Shown here one piece after another: positions 15,195 through 28,039 of a stretch of 64,000 nt of DNA. The notes under the pieces are model-generated. The model saw nothing but the letters and a program-made list of their open reading frames with translations. It was not told the DNA's origin and made no database searches. This DNA comes from Macrostomum lignano. Taxonomy: Eukaryota. The stretch spans positions 1 through 64,000 of the forward strand of contig NIVC01002601.1 in the NCBI GenBank assembly GCA_002269645.1. The letters are read 5' to 3'. The position numbers and the translations under genes were made by a program. Numbering within the stretch: position 1 is the stretch's first letter; every line of letters begins with the position of its first letter.

Positions 15195-16255
15195 ACTCCA
15201 GTTGCTGATTTATATTATTCTATTGCCCCGACTCCACTCCAGATGCTGATTTACAGTATTCTATGGCCCAGAATCCGCTCCAGATGCTGATTTACAGTAT
15301 TCTATGGCCCAGAATCCGCTCCAGATGCTGAATTACAGTATTCTATGGCCAAAGCTCCACTCCAGGTGCTGATTTATAGTATTCTATGGCCCAGACTCCA
15401 TGCCAGATGCTGAATTACAGTATTCTATGGCCAAAGCTCCACTCCAGGTGCTGATTTATAGTATTCTATGGCCCAGACTCCATGCCAGATGCTGATTTAC
15501 AGTATTCTATGGCCCAGAATCCGCTCCAGATGCTGAATTACAGTATTCTATGGCCAAAGCTCCACTCTAGGTGCTGATGTGCAGTATTTTATGGCCCAGA
15601 CTTCAGTCCAGATGCTAATTTATAGTATTTTATGGCCAAAGCTCCACTCCAGGTGCTGATTTATAGTATTCTATGGCCCAGACTCCATGCCAGATGCTGA
15701 TTTACAGTATTCTATGGCCCAGACTCCACTCCGGATGCTGAATTACAGTATTCTAGGGCCAAAGCTCCACTCTAGGTGCTGATGTGCAGTATTTTATGGC
15801 CCAGACTTCAGTCCAGATGCTGAATTACAGTATTCTATGGCCAAAGCTCCACTCTAGGTGCTGATGTGCAGTATTTTATGGCCCAGACTTCAGTCCAGAT
15901 GCTGAATTACAGTATTCTATGGCCAAAGCTCCACTCTAGGTGCTGATGTGCAGTATTTTATGGCCCAGACTTCAGTCCAGATGCTAATTTATAGTATTTT
16001 ATGGCCAAAGCTCCACTCCAGGTGCTGATTTATAGTATTCTATGGCCCAGACTCCATGCCAGATGCTGATTTACAGTATTCTATGGCCCAGACTCCATGC
16101 CAGATGCTGATTTACAGTATTCTATGGCCCAGACTCCATGCCAGATGCTGATTTACAGTATTCTATGGCCCAGACTCCACTCCGGATGCTGAATTACAGT
16201 ATTCTAGGGCCAAAGCTCCACTCCAGATGCTGATGTGCAGTATTCTTTGGCCCAG
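15195..16255. repeat. 41-bp minisatellite (CCAGATGCTGATTTACAGTATTCTATGGCCCAGACTCCATG-like)
   Basis: Directly visible, with alternating variant units. Confidence 0.95.
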
Positions 16256-16455
16256 CCTTATACATTTTGACCTAAAGTTTAGAACTTGATACATATCCAC
16301 AGAAAATACCGGAATTATGATTATGAAATCAAGCAGAAAATGCAAGTGCAAACAAATGTGCAATGAGAGATTGAGAGAAAGAGAGAATACCTGACCAAAA
16401 GTGTAAACAAAGCAAAACAGTGAATTCCATCTCAGCTACACATACTTTACTGCAG

Positions 16456-17020
16456 TTATTTCAGGTCGGAGTCCCTCTGCCCAATATAATCAGCATAGTC
16501 GACTTCATTCGCAGCTGCCCTATGCTCGCAGCCGCTGTTACAGCAGCAGTCGCTAGCTGAGTCATCGGTTGTACAGTCGGAATCCGAGCAGGTCAACCAA
16601 GACGACAGGCTGCTCTCCGATGCCACGCTGGATGCCTCATCGCTGTCGCTGTCATCCTCATTGTCCTCTTCATCGGTATCGCTGTTGCTCCTATTCGTAG
16701 CACAACTACTACTGCTAGTAGTAGTCTCGTTGTCGCTGTCATCATCGGAGCAGTTTTGATGAGGAGAAGGTGGCGGCTCGCAGGCCAGCCAGACCGAGGA
16801 GTCGAGGGCCTCGGCGGCGGTCGGGCGGTCTGTGGGACGCCAGGACAGCATCCGGCGCAGAAGGTCCATTGGTCCGTTCGGCTCTGATAGCAGGGCGTCC
16901 GGGGTAGCAGCCGCGGAGGCCAGGCGGCTGCGCAGAGGCGGACAGTTGGCCGCGTGTTTGACGGATTCGATGATTAGCCAGGGCGGCGACGACTCAAAGA
17001 AGCTGCGGTCCGCGATGGGG
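16456..17020 (-). CDS. CDK4/6-like kinase, terminal exon (subdomain XI plus acidic Ser/Asp-rich tail)
   Basis: DLLRRMLSWRPTDRPTAAEAL = kinase subdomain XI; acceptor AAG at 17022-17021 (alternative CAG at 17004-17003) joins in frame to the phase-2 donor at 17495. Confidence 0.8.
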
Positions 17021-17072
17021 CTTTTGGGGATGGGGTGAGGGGAGTGAGAAATGCTTTGTTAGAGGGAAGCAG

Positions 17073-17472
17073 TAGATGATCTACCAAAGAACAGTAGGTG
17101 ATCTATCAAAGGACAGTAGCTGATCTATCAGAGGACAGTAGCTGATCTATCAAAGGACAGTAGATGATCTATCAAAGGACAGTAGATGATCTATCAAAGG
17201 ACAGTAGACGATCTACCAAAGGACAGTAGGTGATCTATCAAAGGACAGTAGGTGATCTATCAAAGGACAGTAGGTGATCTATCAGAGGACAGTAGCTGAT
17301 CTATCAGAGGACAGTAGGTGATCTATCAAAGGACAGTAGATTATCTATCAAAGGACAGTAGACGATCTATCAGAGGACAGTAGGTGATCTATCAAAGGAC
17401 AGTAGATGATCTATCAAAGGACAGTAGACGATCTACCAAAGGACAGTAGGTGATCTATCAAAGGACAGTAGG
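17073..17472. repeat. 22-bp minisatellite (GATCTATCAAAGGACAGTAGGT) filling the kinase intron
   Basis: Directly visible between the donor (17495) and acceptor (17021). Confidence 0.95.
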
Positions 17473-17495
17473 TCACCAAACACATTGAAACTTAC

Positions 17496-18290
17496 AGCAA
17501 AGGATCTGTCAGGCCCTCCACTACGCAGGCGGCAATGCAGGACAGAGTTGGCGCTTCTCCTTTTTTACAGCACGGAAACGGCCAGAGTCCTGTAAGCATT
17601 TCGTAGAAAATGCAACCTGTGCTCCAGACATCGGCCGGTGTGCCGTAGGAAGCGCTTAGCAGAGCCTCCGGCGCCCTGTAGGCCAGCGTGGTGGCTACGC
17701 GGGACAGGCAGCGCTCCCAGCTGCACAGTCGTGACGAGTTGAAGTCGGCAATTTTCAACACGGTAGCCGACCAATCTAATAATAGATTTTGCGGTTTAAT
17801 ATCCCGGTGCAGCATCCGGTGCCTGTGCAGATGCGCCAAGCCGCTTAGCAACTGCCGGCCAAGCGAAGCAACCAATGGCACTTCCAGTGGCCGGTCACCG
17901 CGCGCCCGCATCAGCTGGCGCAGGTCGCAGTCCATCAATTCGAATACCAGGTGCTGGCAGAAGGTCTGGTTGAGCTCGGACACAAATACGTCTAATAGTT
18001 TGAGCACATTCGGGTGCTGGCAGCGTTGCAAACGTTTCAGCGTGGATAACTCCCGCAATGAGCCATAGTTGACCCCGCCGCTGCTGCACCATTGAACCAG
18101 CTTCACTGCTACTCGACCATGCGGACCCTGGCCTATGTACACCTTGCTGAAGCTGCCGGCTCCGATAGGGTTCAACTTGTCGTTGTAGCTGTACGAAGAT
18201 GGCGCGCCATCGCCACTGCTGACACCTGGACCATTGGCAGCGGCACTGGCACCATCGGTGCACTGCCGTGCTGCCGACAGCGGCTGACTT
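17496..18290 (-). CDS. CDK4/6-like Ser/Thr kinase, catalytic exon (5' boundary uncertain; no in-frame ATG found)
   Basis: YNDKLNPIGAGSFSKVY, VAVK, NYGSLRE (PSTAIRE position) followed by ...RCQHPNVLKLLDV as in CDK4/6, LVFELMDCDL, HRDIKPQNLL, DFN, TLAYRAPE, DVWSTGCIFYEM; GTAAG donor at 17495; the frame is open upstream to about 18310. Confidence 0.85.
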
Positions 18291-18347
18291 GACTGGAGCT
18301 GAATTGGATTTTCGAATTATTATTATTTTGGAGCTAGTTTGTAGGGA

Positions 18348-18454
18348 GGGGGCGCAGCCTAGTGGTCCAGTGCGGCACTTTTATGTGCCAGTGGCCCAGG
18401 CTTGACTCAAAGTACACAGTGAAGGGCACAGTGAAGTGTACATGCCTAACAATA
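18348..18454 (+). mobile_element. Degenerate tRNA-derived SINE-like element; related inverted copy at ~21893-22082
   Basis: A-box-like GCAGCCTAGTGG and B-box-like GGCTTGACTC; the segment GGCACAGTGAAGTGTACATGCCTAACAATAA recurs inverted at 21893-21923. Confidence 0.45.
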
Positions 18455-20549
18455 AGTTAGGACTGAGTTCAAGGGGGTTGGTGGAATGGGAAGTAATCCA
18501 ATCTAACTGTAACTTTTTTTATCAAATCCAGCTTTCTGGTGTCATTGTGAGCAGAATGACATATCATTTGTGTACATAGGTTAATCGGGTTCCACTCGCC
18601 AAGCTATTTAATTTTAGTGTCAGTAAAAAATATTGTCTTGACTTTTGAGATCTGCACTTATAAAAGGCCTTCTTATATGAAGTATAATAATAATAATAAT
18701 AATAATGCATGAAAGCTTTTTATGTAGATCATATATATCAAATAAAATATCATTACACTATTGTTATATATACACTATTGGCCGAAGCAGTCTATGCCAA
18801 TACATTATCTTATATTATATACTATGACTTTCTCCTATTCCATAGGCCTAGTCAGGAAGGTGGCAAGTATACACTGGAATGATTTTTGGGGATGGATGAT
18901 TATACACAAAAAATATAAGCCAAAATTTTCCCTACAAAAGTCATTTGCTCAGACAAAAATTTTTTCCTAAAAAGAGGTCATTTAACTTGACAACTGTTTC
19001 TTACAAAATGAAAAAATATTCTTTACTTTACAATTTTATATAGTCGCTGTTTAAAACAAAAAAACAAATGCTTTATTTATGGTATTCCATATTGATTGAT
19101 TTTAGTTGAAACATTTTGCAATATTTTGAAACTGTATGTTTTAAAAAAAATAAGAACATCTTTCTTTTTTCTTTTTACTATTATTACTTTTAAATTAAAA
19201 TTAAATTATGTTTGATTAAAATTGTATTCCAAGTAAGTAGGAAAAGTAAAAATATACACCAGCATCATCAGTGTATATGCCAAGTTTCTAAGCCATATTT
19301 TTTGTATACTGCATTATATCCTAGGCCATATAGACTTATAGCATAGCAAATGTATGCTGGAGAAATCTGTCATATAGGCCACCTTCCTAACTATGGCTAA
19401 TATTGAGGTTTTCTCTCAGTCTAGGCATTACTAGGATCAAAATGTCATAGCTTATACTTTAATGGATTTTCTACCCTTTAGAAAAGTTCAAAGTCTAAGA
19501 TTCTAAGTCTAGATATCTTTACCCTTTGGTAGATATTTTGCTTTTAAAAGTAAATTTTTTATACTCTAATATCTAATTAAAGATCTTGTTTTCTAAGAAT
19601 AAAATATTTGCAAATCATTTGTATATAAAGCCAAGGCTTTTTTAAAGGAAGCAAACAAGCATAGACAAAGTTAATTTTCCATACTAAGCCTAACAGTAGC
19701 AGCTCATATACTTATAGGTTTGTTCACTATTATTTAAAACAAATGAAACTTTATCATTTTCATAGTGATTGCAATACTATGTAATTTAAACAAATGTGCA
19801 TAGTTTTAAATATAATAGGCCTATTTTCTAAGATAGATGTTTCAAAGAATAAGCATCATAATAGCTTAGGGGCCAAGACCTTTATTGAAGGAAGAAAGTC
19901 TAAAGGAATTCTCTAATAAAAAGGTAAAAGCCATGGTGGTATAGGAGCCTACACCAAGATGTATCATTTAGGCCTATTTCTACTTTTAGTTATCTAATTT
20001 TTAAGGAAGTGCTTTACCCCTATGGTCCTATGCCAATAATTCTAATTTTATTCATAGATCCCTGTAAATAATTTTCAGCTTATTCCCATAGCAGCTTATT
20101 GAAATAGGCTAGTTTTCACCATTCAAGTCTATAGGCTGTAGCTGTTATAGCTGGGGTGTTTCTCTGTCTTCATGAATGATCCTACTGCTGCCACTAGCTG
20201 TTGTAGAGCACCCAGTAAAATGCGGAATCCAAAGCGGAATTGGAATAGAATAGCTCTGTAAAATGTGAAATCCGTAGTGGAATGATAAAATGCAGAATAA
20301 GCAACGGAATCCAGTAACTTTAACTAAAATGCAAATGCAAAGTAGATGAAGTGCATTATGGTCCATTATATATAATCTTATAACAATAAAGCTTTCAAAA
20401 TTTTACCAAACTACTAGAGAGAAAATTATGATAATAATAAATTTTCAAAATGTAAGCCAATATTTACACACGCATTATACACACGCATTACTTGCATTAT
20501 ACTTGCATTATACATTAATGCATAATGCTTAATGTATTGCATTGTATTA

Positions 20550-20580
<31 letters not shown>

Positions 20581-20737
20581 TATTATATATTATATTAATA
20601 ATATTGTATTATTATATTGTAATTGTAATGTATTGCATTATACTTAAATCAAATTTGCTTAGTAAATTACTTGCATTATACACACGCATTACACGCATTA
20701 CACACATTATTACACACGCATTATACACACGCATATA

Positions 20738-21130
20738 AGCCAATAGCGACTTACATGCGTGTGTTGCCAATAGAAACGGCCGGGTGAATCCCAAGGTTGC
20801 GCCCAAGCATGACTACTATCACTAGCAGTTGTAGGGCTATTCTAACTCTTATTTTCTGGTTTCCTAAAGCTGCCACCAAAGTTGTTGCAGGGTTAAACTT
20901 CTCTCTATTAATTAATGTACTTTTGTATCAATGTACTTATACTTATTGATTGTGTGACCATACATGCGCAACTTTGGGAATCACCCGGCCGTTTCTATTG
21001 GCAACACACACATGTAAGTCGCTATTGGCTAAGAGCAGTCACGTGACTACTATTCCATCCAATAGCGACTTACATGTGTGTGTTGCCAATAGAAACAGCC
21101 GAGTGAATCCCAAGGTTGTGCCCAAGCATG
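20738..21130. repeat. Three copies (+,-,+) of a ~70-bp unit, each with two CCAAT boxes
   Basis: CCAATAGCGACTTACATG(C/T)GTGTGTTGCCAATAGAAAC(G/A)GCCG at ~20741 and ~21058; reverse complement at ~20965-21032. Confidence 0.8.
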
Positions 21131-22584
21131 TGTGTGACTACTTTTCTATCTATTTCTATATTGGTAGCATCTACTTATCTATTGGTAGCATTTGTATATT
21201 CATTGTACTCTTTGGCCTGAGTGGTCTAATGGCACTGTCTGATCCTACTATCTTTCAGTCCTAGGCATTCCAGGGATCAGAGGGTCACAGCCTTATGTAG
21301 CTTTCCCTGGCCTGAGGTGGCTATATACTCTATAGGGTTACTGCCCTGAGGCAATACTTGCTCTTTAGTGGTTGTCTAATTCTCCCAATAAGAGGCTTAA
21401 TACTCTAGAAAATTAATTTAAGTTAATTTGAACAACTGCCTTTTAAAATTTAGTAAGGACTTATTAAACTTTGTTTGCAATTGGAAGCTCATGGTGAATT
21501 GCTTCTCTTGGCCCACTCGGGGCTTCTATTTATACTAAGATTTCTCATCCTTTAAAACAAATACTAATTCATGAAAAAATTCTTGTAAATCACAACAATT
21601 AAACAAAAATTTATAATTTTAGTGTGAATTTGAAAAATGGATTTCCAAGAAACATAGTATGCAACACAAGTAATTTTATAACATTTATACAGTATTATTA
21701 ATGGCCTTTTTATTTTTTTATTAGAGGCAGGGGGGTTGTGTGCACCCTGGTACACTTTAAGCGACATAGGCACACAACTGGCGAGAGGCATTACTGCCCA
21801 TTCTGCCAACTCCCCTGAGCAGGCATACAAGCGCACAGATACATATGCAGGCACATACTCACACAGGAGTGTACAGCAGCCCTAACTTTATATTATTGTT
21901 AGGCATGTACACTTCACTGTGCCTTGGGAGGGGGAGGGGTTGGCTCTCAAGGCCATTAATTACACGAGCAGAGCCAAGCCGAGATTCCAATTCAGCCCCA
22001 AATTAATGTGACTGCACTTGGAATCGAGCCTAGCTTACTGGCACACTAGAGTAGCTGCGCTACTGCTGGGCTACAGCCCCCCTTATTTATGGCCTTTCCT
22101 TATATCAATGCTTCCAATTTTATTCACGTGGATCCCTGTCAATAATTTTCAAATTATCCCCACGGCAGCTTATTAGAATAGAGAACCTTGAAATAAATCT
22201 GTTGAATGACCCAAGAGGTCCTTTTGCATCTAGTATTTACATATTATTTTATAAGCATAATATATATATCTAATTTTATATTTTAATTAAAAATTTATTC
22301 TTTTATTTTTTGTTTTAAATGTTCATTATATGTTGGTATATCCATATGACTATATAGTATGTATCTAATTATGTAGGGCCTATTCATTTTTTTATTCTAA
22401 AAAAGTTGCTTGCAAAAACTATCTTTGTTTTCACTATTTTCAAATCTTTTAAAAAATTGCTAAATACCAAATAGTTTTAAGTACTTTGTTAAAAAAAATT
22501 TTGTCATTAAATAAAAAGGGGTAGGCCTAATTTTAAATATTTGTTAACTGCCAACTTTGCTTTGAATGACTGAATGACCCTAAG

Positions 22585-23170
22585 GCTCCATAGTCAGGAT
22601 CATGTCATGGTATACGCCAGAATAAAAAGTCCCCTAAAAAATCTATGCCACTTTATACTGAAATGTACACCAAGGTCCTAAGAACTTACGCCAGGTTTTC
22701 TAGGCTTTGCGACAATAAATGACCTTTTTTTGCAAATAAATTATTTAACAAATGTGTGGTTTTTATTTTAAAATAAATTAGCTTACAGATAATGCCAACA
22801 AAAAACAGTTTTTTGTTTAAAGTTTTTTTTATAGAAAATTACACAATTAGTTTGCGTAAAATTTAAAATTTTAAAAAATTACGAATAGTTATGAACTTTA
22901 TCTTACGAGCTTTACAGTTTTTATGATTTTATAATAAGATTCTGAGGTTACGGCATTATGCCAACAATTGTTAATATTAACTTTAGCATGAAGGTTGGAG
23001 TTGGCATAGGCCTATGCTACTTGGTGTATTTATGCCACGGTGTCACGCCAAAAGGTATGCCAAATATATTTTGCCTCATTTTTTACACCAATTGTATGCC
23101 AAAAAGTAAAATTTTCAATTGTATGCCAGAAATTTCTGGCGTAATGTACATCATCCTGACTATGGCTAAG
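22585..23170. mobile_element. Degenerate MITE-like element with imperfect terminal inverted repeats
   Basis: CCATAGTCAGGATCATGT...TACGCCAGAA on the left versus the reverse complement of TTCTGGCGTAATGTACATCATCCTGACTATGG on the right. Confidence 0.45.
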
Positions 23171-25184
23171 GCTTAGGCCTAAGATTAAAGCAAACAAGAC
23201 TTCCAAATCCAAAATTTGATATGTAATAATAATAATAATAATACAAATAATAATAACAATATTGATTTTGAATACAGAGTTAGCAAGATGTTAAAATAAC
23301 ACTGTCACACTGTGACTTTCAATGGAAAGTCACACAACATTGTAATAACAATTACTTTGTTTAAGCTACACCTATGCTATAGGCCTATGCTTTATAATAA
23401 AAAAGACTAGGCCTAATATATTAGTTAACATTTAACATCAGTATATAAACTAAACAACTGCACTATCTTAGCCATGGGGATAAGCTAAAATTATTGACAC
23501 AGATTTGTGTGGATAAAATTGGAGTTATTGACACAGCCTATGGACTTGAATAGTGGCAGCTATTTCAATAAGCTGCCATGGGGATGAGCTGAAAATTATT
23601 GACACAGATCCATGTGAATAAAATTGGAAATATTGGCATAAGACTGTGGGGATAAGCACTTCTAATTTTTAAAAGGTTAAGATTAAGAATTAAAATATTT
23701 ATTTAAGTTTTATTAGAGTAGGCATAGATAGGCTAAGGCATAGAAGAATAGAGACAAAAACTTAGAAGCGAGTCTATAAAGTTAAAAACTCAAACTCAAA
23801 GTATATTCAATAAATTAGTAACTTGATTCGGTAGATGTTAGGCTATCTGCTATCTGTTTTAGGCAATTACAATTCGAAGCATTAATTCAGAAATAATTCT
23901 GGGGTAGGCCTAGAATTCAGTAAAAATTCACCCTGATATGTCTGCCAGAGACAGCTTTGAATATTGCCTACCTCACTGCCTTGATCAATGGTATTGGGTA
24001 TATGTGTTATATGGTTATTGGGGTACACAAGGATCATAATAAGTAAGACTTTGTAAGACGTGCTGCACGCGTGTACAACATAAAATCAAGGACGACTTAA
24101 GTAGTCTACTTATTACTTACTTATACTTATACTTATACTTATTACATACGTCCTTGCATAAAATTTTAATAAAATATCATCACTGTGCTTAAATTCACCG
24201 GACACCCGAAAATAACATACTTTAAATAAGTTTTTCATTAAAAATAATGCCGTTCTTTTTCTCTGATTTGTTCATTTTTACTCAAAATCTTAGAGACTTG
24301 TTTTACTGCACACAAAAAATCTGTTTTTGGACATATCCGATAGCGAGTTAATAACAATTGTTGAGCACATCCATGCAGCTAAACTTTGTTATCTGCAACA
24401 ACAAGACCGAGACAAGGACGACTAGAGTAATCTTCTGAAGACTGAAGACTCACTATAGTCCTTGACTCCTTTGAACCGAGACGAATGTTGTAATTAAATA
24501 CGTGTGATACATGTAATAGTTGTATCACACCATGGCCATGGACCGTTTCGCCTTCAATTGGACCAGTTTGGCCAAGGTGGCAACGAATGCCCAAACTTGG
24601 AGAAAAGTTGACAGATTTTTTATACTATTCATATTTACATTGTATTGCATTACTGACTGACTGAGAAATAGTTATACGTACATCGTAACTTCAATTCAAT
24701 TCAATTCCTGCAAATGCAATTCATTTCAGGCCAAAATGTACAGTGCAGTTTAATTTATTGATTATAATTTGACCAGCCTTGCAGATATATGTACATATTT
24801 GCAAAACTTATAGCTTGTATAGTACACACGCAAAGTACAGACTTATAGATTTGAAGACGATTTAAACTAACACGTATGCTATAGCTGACTTCTACGAATT
24901 TTTACGAAACTAAATCTCAGCACTCTGCAGACTACATGTATATGGATCCAACTAGTAGTGATTTATGTCTACAGCTGTGTGAAAAAGTTGTAAGTAGTCA
25001 TCAGCATGCCATATCAACTGTGATGGATGCGGGGGATGGCAACATCGAAAATGTCAGACAGGAATTACTCATCAGAGCAGTGCATTCAGATACGGAAAGG
25101 TATGGATCTAACAATTATTGAAGCAGATTTACATGTACATGTACATGCATGCTATTTTTAATTTTTATTTTACATATACCCTAG

Positions 25185-25796
25185 GCGAGCTACAGATGAG
25201 TTGGTGGTGTCAGCTATGTGCCAATCAGGTGCCAAAGATAGCAGAGCCATCGATTTGTGCAGGTGCTGCTGCCACGGCTGCTAGCGGCTCCCAGCTGGAG
25301 ACATCGATTGGTGTAGGTGCTGCTGCCACGGCTGCTAGCGGCTCCCAGCTGGAGACATCGATTGGTGTAGGTGCTGCTGCCACGGCTGCTAGCGGCTCCC
25401 AGCTGGAGACATCGATTGGTGTAGGTGCTGCTGCCACGGCTGCTAGCGGCTCCCAGCTGGAGACATCGATTGGTGCAGGTGCTGCTGCCACGGCTGCTAG
25501 CGGCTCCCAGCTGGAGACATCGATTGGTGCAGGTGCTGCTGCCACGGCTGCTAGCGGCTCCCAGCTGGAGACATCGATTGGTGTAGGTGCTGCTGCCACG
25601 GCTGCTAGCGGCTCCCAGCTGGAGACATCGATTGGTGTAGGTGCTGCTGCCACGGCTGCTAGCGGCTCCCAGCTGGAGACATCGATTGGTGCAGGTGCTG
25701 CTGCCACGGCTGCTAGCGGCTCCCAGCTGGAGACATCGATTGGTGCGGTTGAATTGTCAACTGAAAGCCTCAATGAAGCAGCTGAAGTTCCGCGCC
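25185..25796 (+). CDS. Possible 612-nt exon containing 9 x 54-bp in-frame repeats (GAAATAASGSQLETSIG[V/A])
   Basis: Pyrimidine tract plus TAG acceptor at 25183-84; GTGAGT donor at 25797; length divisible by 3; open frame; gene identity unknown. Confidence 0.4.
25247..25746. repeat. 54-bp tandem repeat x9, nearly perfect
   Basis: Directly visible. Confidence 0.95.
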
Positions 25797-26097
25797 GTGA
25801 GTCTGTAATGCTCGAGGAAAGTTACAGCAAAGTACAGCAAGGCACAAAGCGTGCAGGTCACAGACTAATATCCAGTAATAGATTTGCCTTTGTTGTGCGA
25901 TCTAAATCTTATAATACTGTGCAGGTATATTACTTACTGGCGATGTGCAAAGCGGGGAACCAGCGAGAATAGATTTTGCAATCGCCCTTTGATTGAAATG
26001 ACTTTATACAGCATTTTTTACTTTTATATTTTATCACGGTTTTAAACTTTGTGCCACAGATTCTCAATTTTGGTGACAAATCTTATTGTTCCCTTTT

Positions 26098-26986
26098 GTC
26101 TATGGTTTCCGGCATTCATACTTGCGGTAACAATTTAATTGTTTGTCGGCTTTTTTCGATTGTTGCCGGATTTCAGACGAATGTATTTGGCTATCAAAAC
26201 AAGGAACAACAATAGCAACACGGCGAAAGTGTTTCATAGTCACAAAAAGTTCTTAAGAACAAACCTCAGAAAAGCCTCAGATAATCGTTCAAAAATCGAT
26301 CCGGAACACGCTCAAACTCCTGGCAGAGCCCCTTCTCGTTGAGGAACTGTCGGAACCTTGCCACGTGAAGCTTCCGTTGCGTCTCGGTCGATTTCGGCAC
26401 TGAGTCACTCTCAAGTCGGTCCAACATTTCCAGATCTTCGCTACCTAGCTCAGGCAGCCCGTTGGAACTGGACGACGCATCCAGGTTGTCCATCTCCAGA
26501 ACGTAGCGCGTGCTCGACTCTCGGGTGACAAAAGCCAACTCGTCCGTGGAGAGTCCACATATTTCTCCGCCAGGAATGTTTGCGTAGCGAATCATAGCTA
26601 AATTTCCTATTTGCACTCCGAATAGGAGAATTAATTCAAGCTCAAAATCAACTTGAGAATTAACTCATGGCAGCCAGGCTAGCTGTCTTCACTGTCCTTT
26701 AAATTTGCCATAAACGATTAATTATCTCTACAACCCTTTCATTTAGAGAGCAACTAAATTTGCCATAGACGATTGATTATCTCTACAACCCTTTCAAAGC
26801 GCATTCCGGCAACAATCGCATTTCATACTCAGCATCCGCACTATGTCTGGGCCATAGACAAGGGAAGTCAAAAGGGTACAATAATGACATGTACCGATTT
26901 TTTTCGGCAGCAATTGCTCTACTAAGCTTCAGCCGCTACGCGGCTTCAGCTTACGCAATTGCTGCCGAAAAAAATCGGTATATATC
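26098..26986 (-). pseudogene. Truncated Crypton-like tyrosine-recombinase element, family B (N-terminal part only), with a terminal palindrome
   Basis: ORF 26266..26616 (GEICGLSTDELAFVT...STETQRK...FLNDYLRLF) is homologous to the N-terminus of the YR at 36934; palindrome TACCGATTTTTTTCGGCAGCAATTGC / GCAATTGCTGCCGAAAAAAATCGGTA at ~26893-26980; homologous to 52590-53626. Confidence 0.75.
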
Positions 26987-27407
26987 TGTAACGGTTTGGA
27001 AATTCTGTAATTCAAATCTAGTTTATTAACATGGTGTATTTTAACTTTATTCAAATCCTTAGCTGTTTAGATTACGTGCGTAATTATTCTAGGGTTTTGA
27101 TATTACGTATTTTGTTAATTTGGTTTCCGTTTCCAAGAAATGCGACTCATAATTTTAACATGTAAGTTCTAGTCTTTTTCTGTAAGCGTGCGGCAGCCTG
27201 GGACGTAGATCAACCTAGCATGTACGTGAGATACAATAATTATAATCAGAGCCGATCACCAGTGTACGCATTCATACTAAGACAGTAAGATTTCTTATGC
27301 TCCGAGTATAGTAAATCGTCCAGGACTGACAGACGTATCTGCTGAACCATATACGTTGCTAATACTCTCTCTTCGCTAGTAATATTAAATATACCGGACT
27401 CGTTACA
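26987..27407 (+). repeat. 5' LTR (421 bp)
   Basis: TGTAACGG...CGTTACA; identical by eye to the 3' LTR except GTGCGG versus GTGTGG. Confidence 0.97.
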
Positions 27408-27413
27408 TCAATT

Positions 27414-27426
27414 TGGAGGTCCCACC
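27414..27426 (+). promoter_or_regulatory. Primer-binding site, tRNA-Gln type
   Basis: TGGAGGTCCCACC is complementary to the 3' end of eukaryotic tRNA-Gln (GGTGGGACCTCCA); it starts after a 6-nt spacer following the LTR. Confidence 0.7.
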
Positions 27427-28039
27427 ACCGAACTCTTCATATCAGTCATCATCATCAGGCGTCCGTCAGCATTCAGGCTCCCATCCTCATCAGGCACTGC
27501 GACACGAGAATTTTGGCCGGGTACACAATAGCCATCTGCAACCGCAACCAGGTCCTACACTACAGTATTGCGGCGAGGCTGAGGCAGCACAATTTCGTTT
27601 CAACTTGTCTAAAACCGCGTGAGTCAGCTCTACATCTAGACCCAAGGCCAAGCGAAAACAGTCAATACGCTCGTAGCTACGGCGCGTCAAAACCCCAGCC
27701 GGTCAACTCAGCGTAAACAACACTCAACTGTTCTGAGGTCCGTATAAGCTGCCGACTGAACCGCGAGACCACCACCCCAGCGGCAGCCACCCCTAAAGGC
27801 CACAGCCAATCCGGTCCAAGCGGCAGTACGGCAGGACGGCAGTCTGTACATTGTACTCCACGGCCAATAACCTCCAAGAGTTTCATCACAGTTGTGAGTG
27901 TGGTTGCTTCATTTTGGGCTGTTTAGCTGAGCTTACCTGGCTGTTCAAAGGTGTGTACGCGTGTAGGTTTTTTTTCTTCCTTTCCTCTCTGTAATCTTAG
28001 TCTTCACTTTGCACTGGCACACCTCTTTTTTCTCTCAAT

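Noticed and set aside
24470-24560. CDTCNS...YH as a PHD-finger remnant linked to the 25185 exon
   Set aside because: It requires a frameshift and lacks the remaining Cys ligands; too weak
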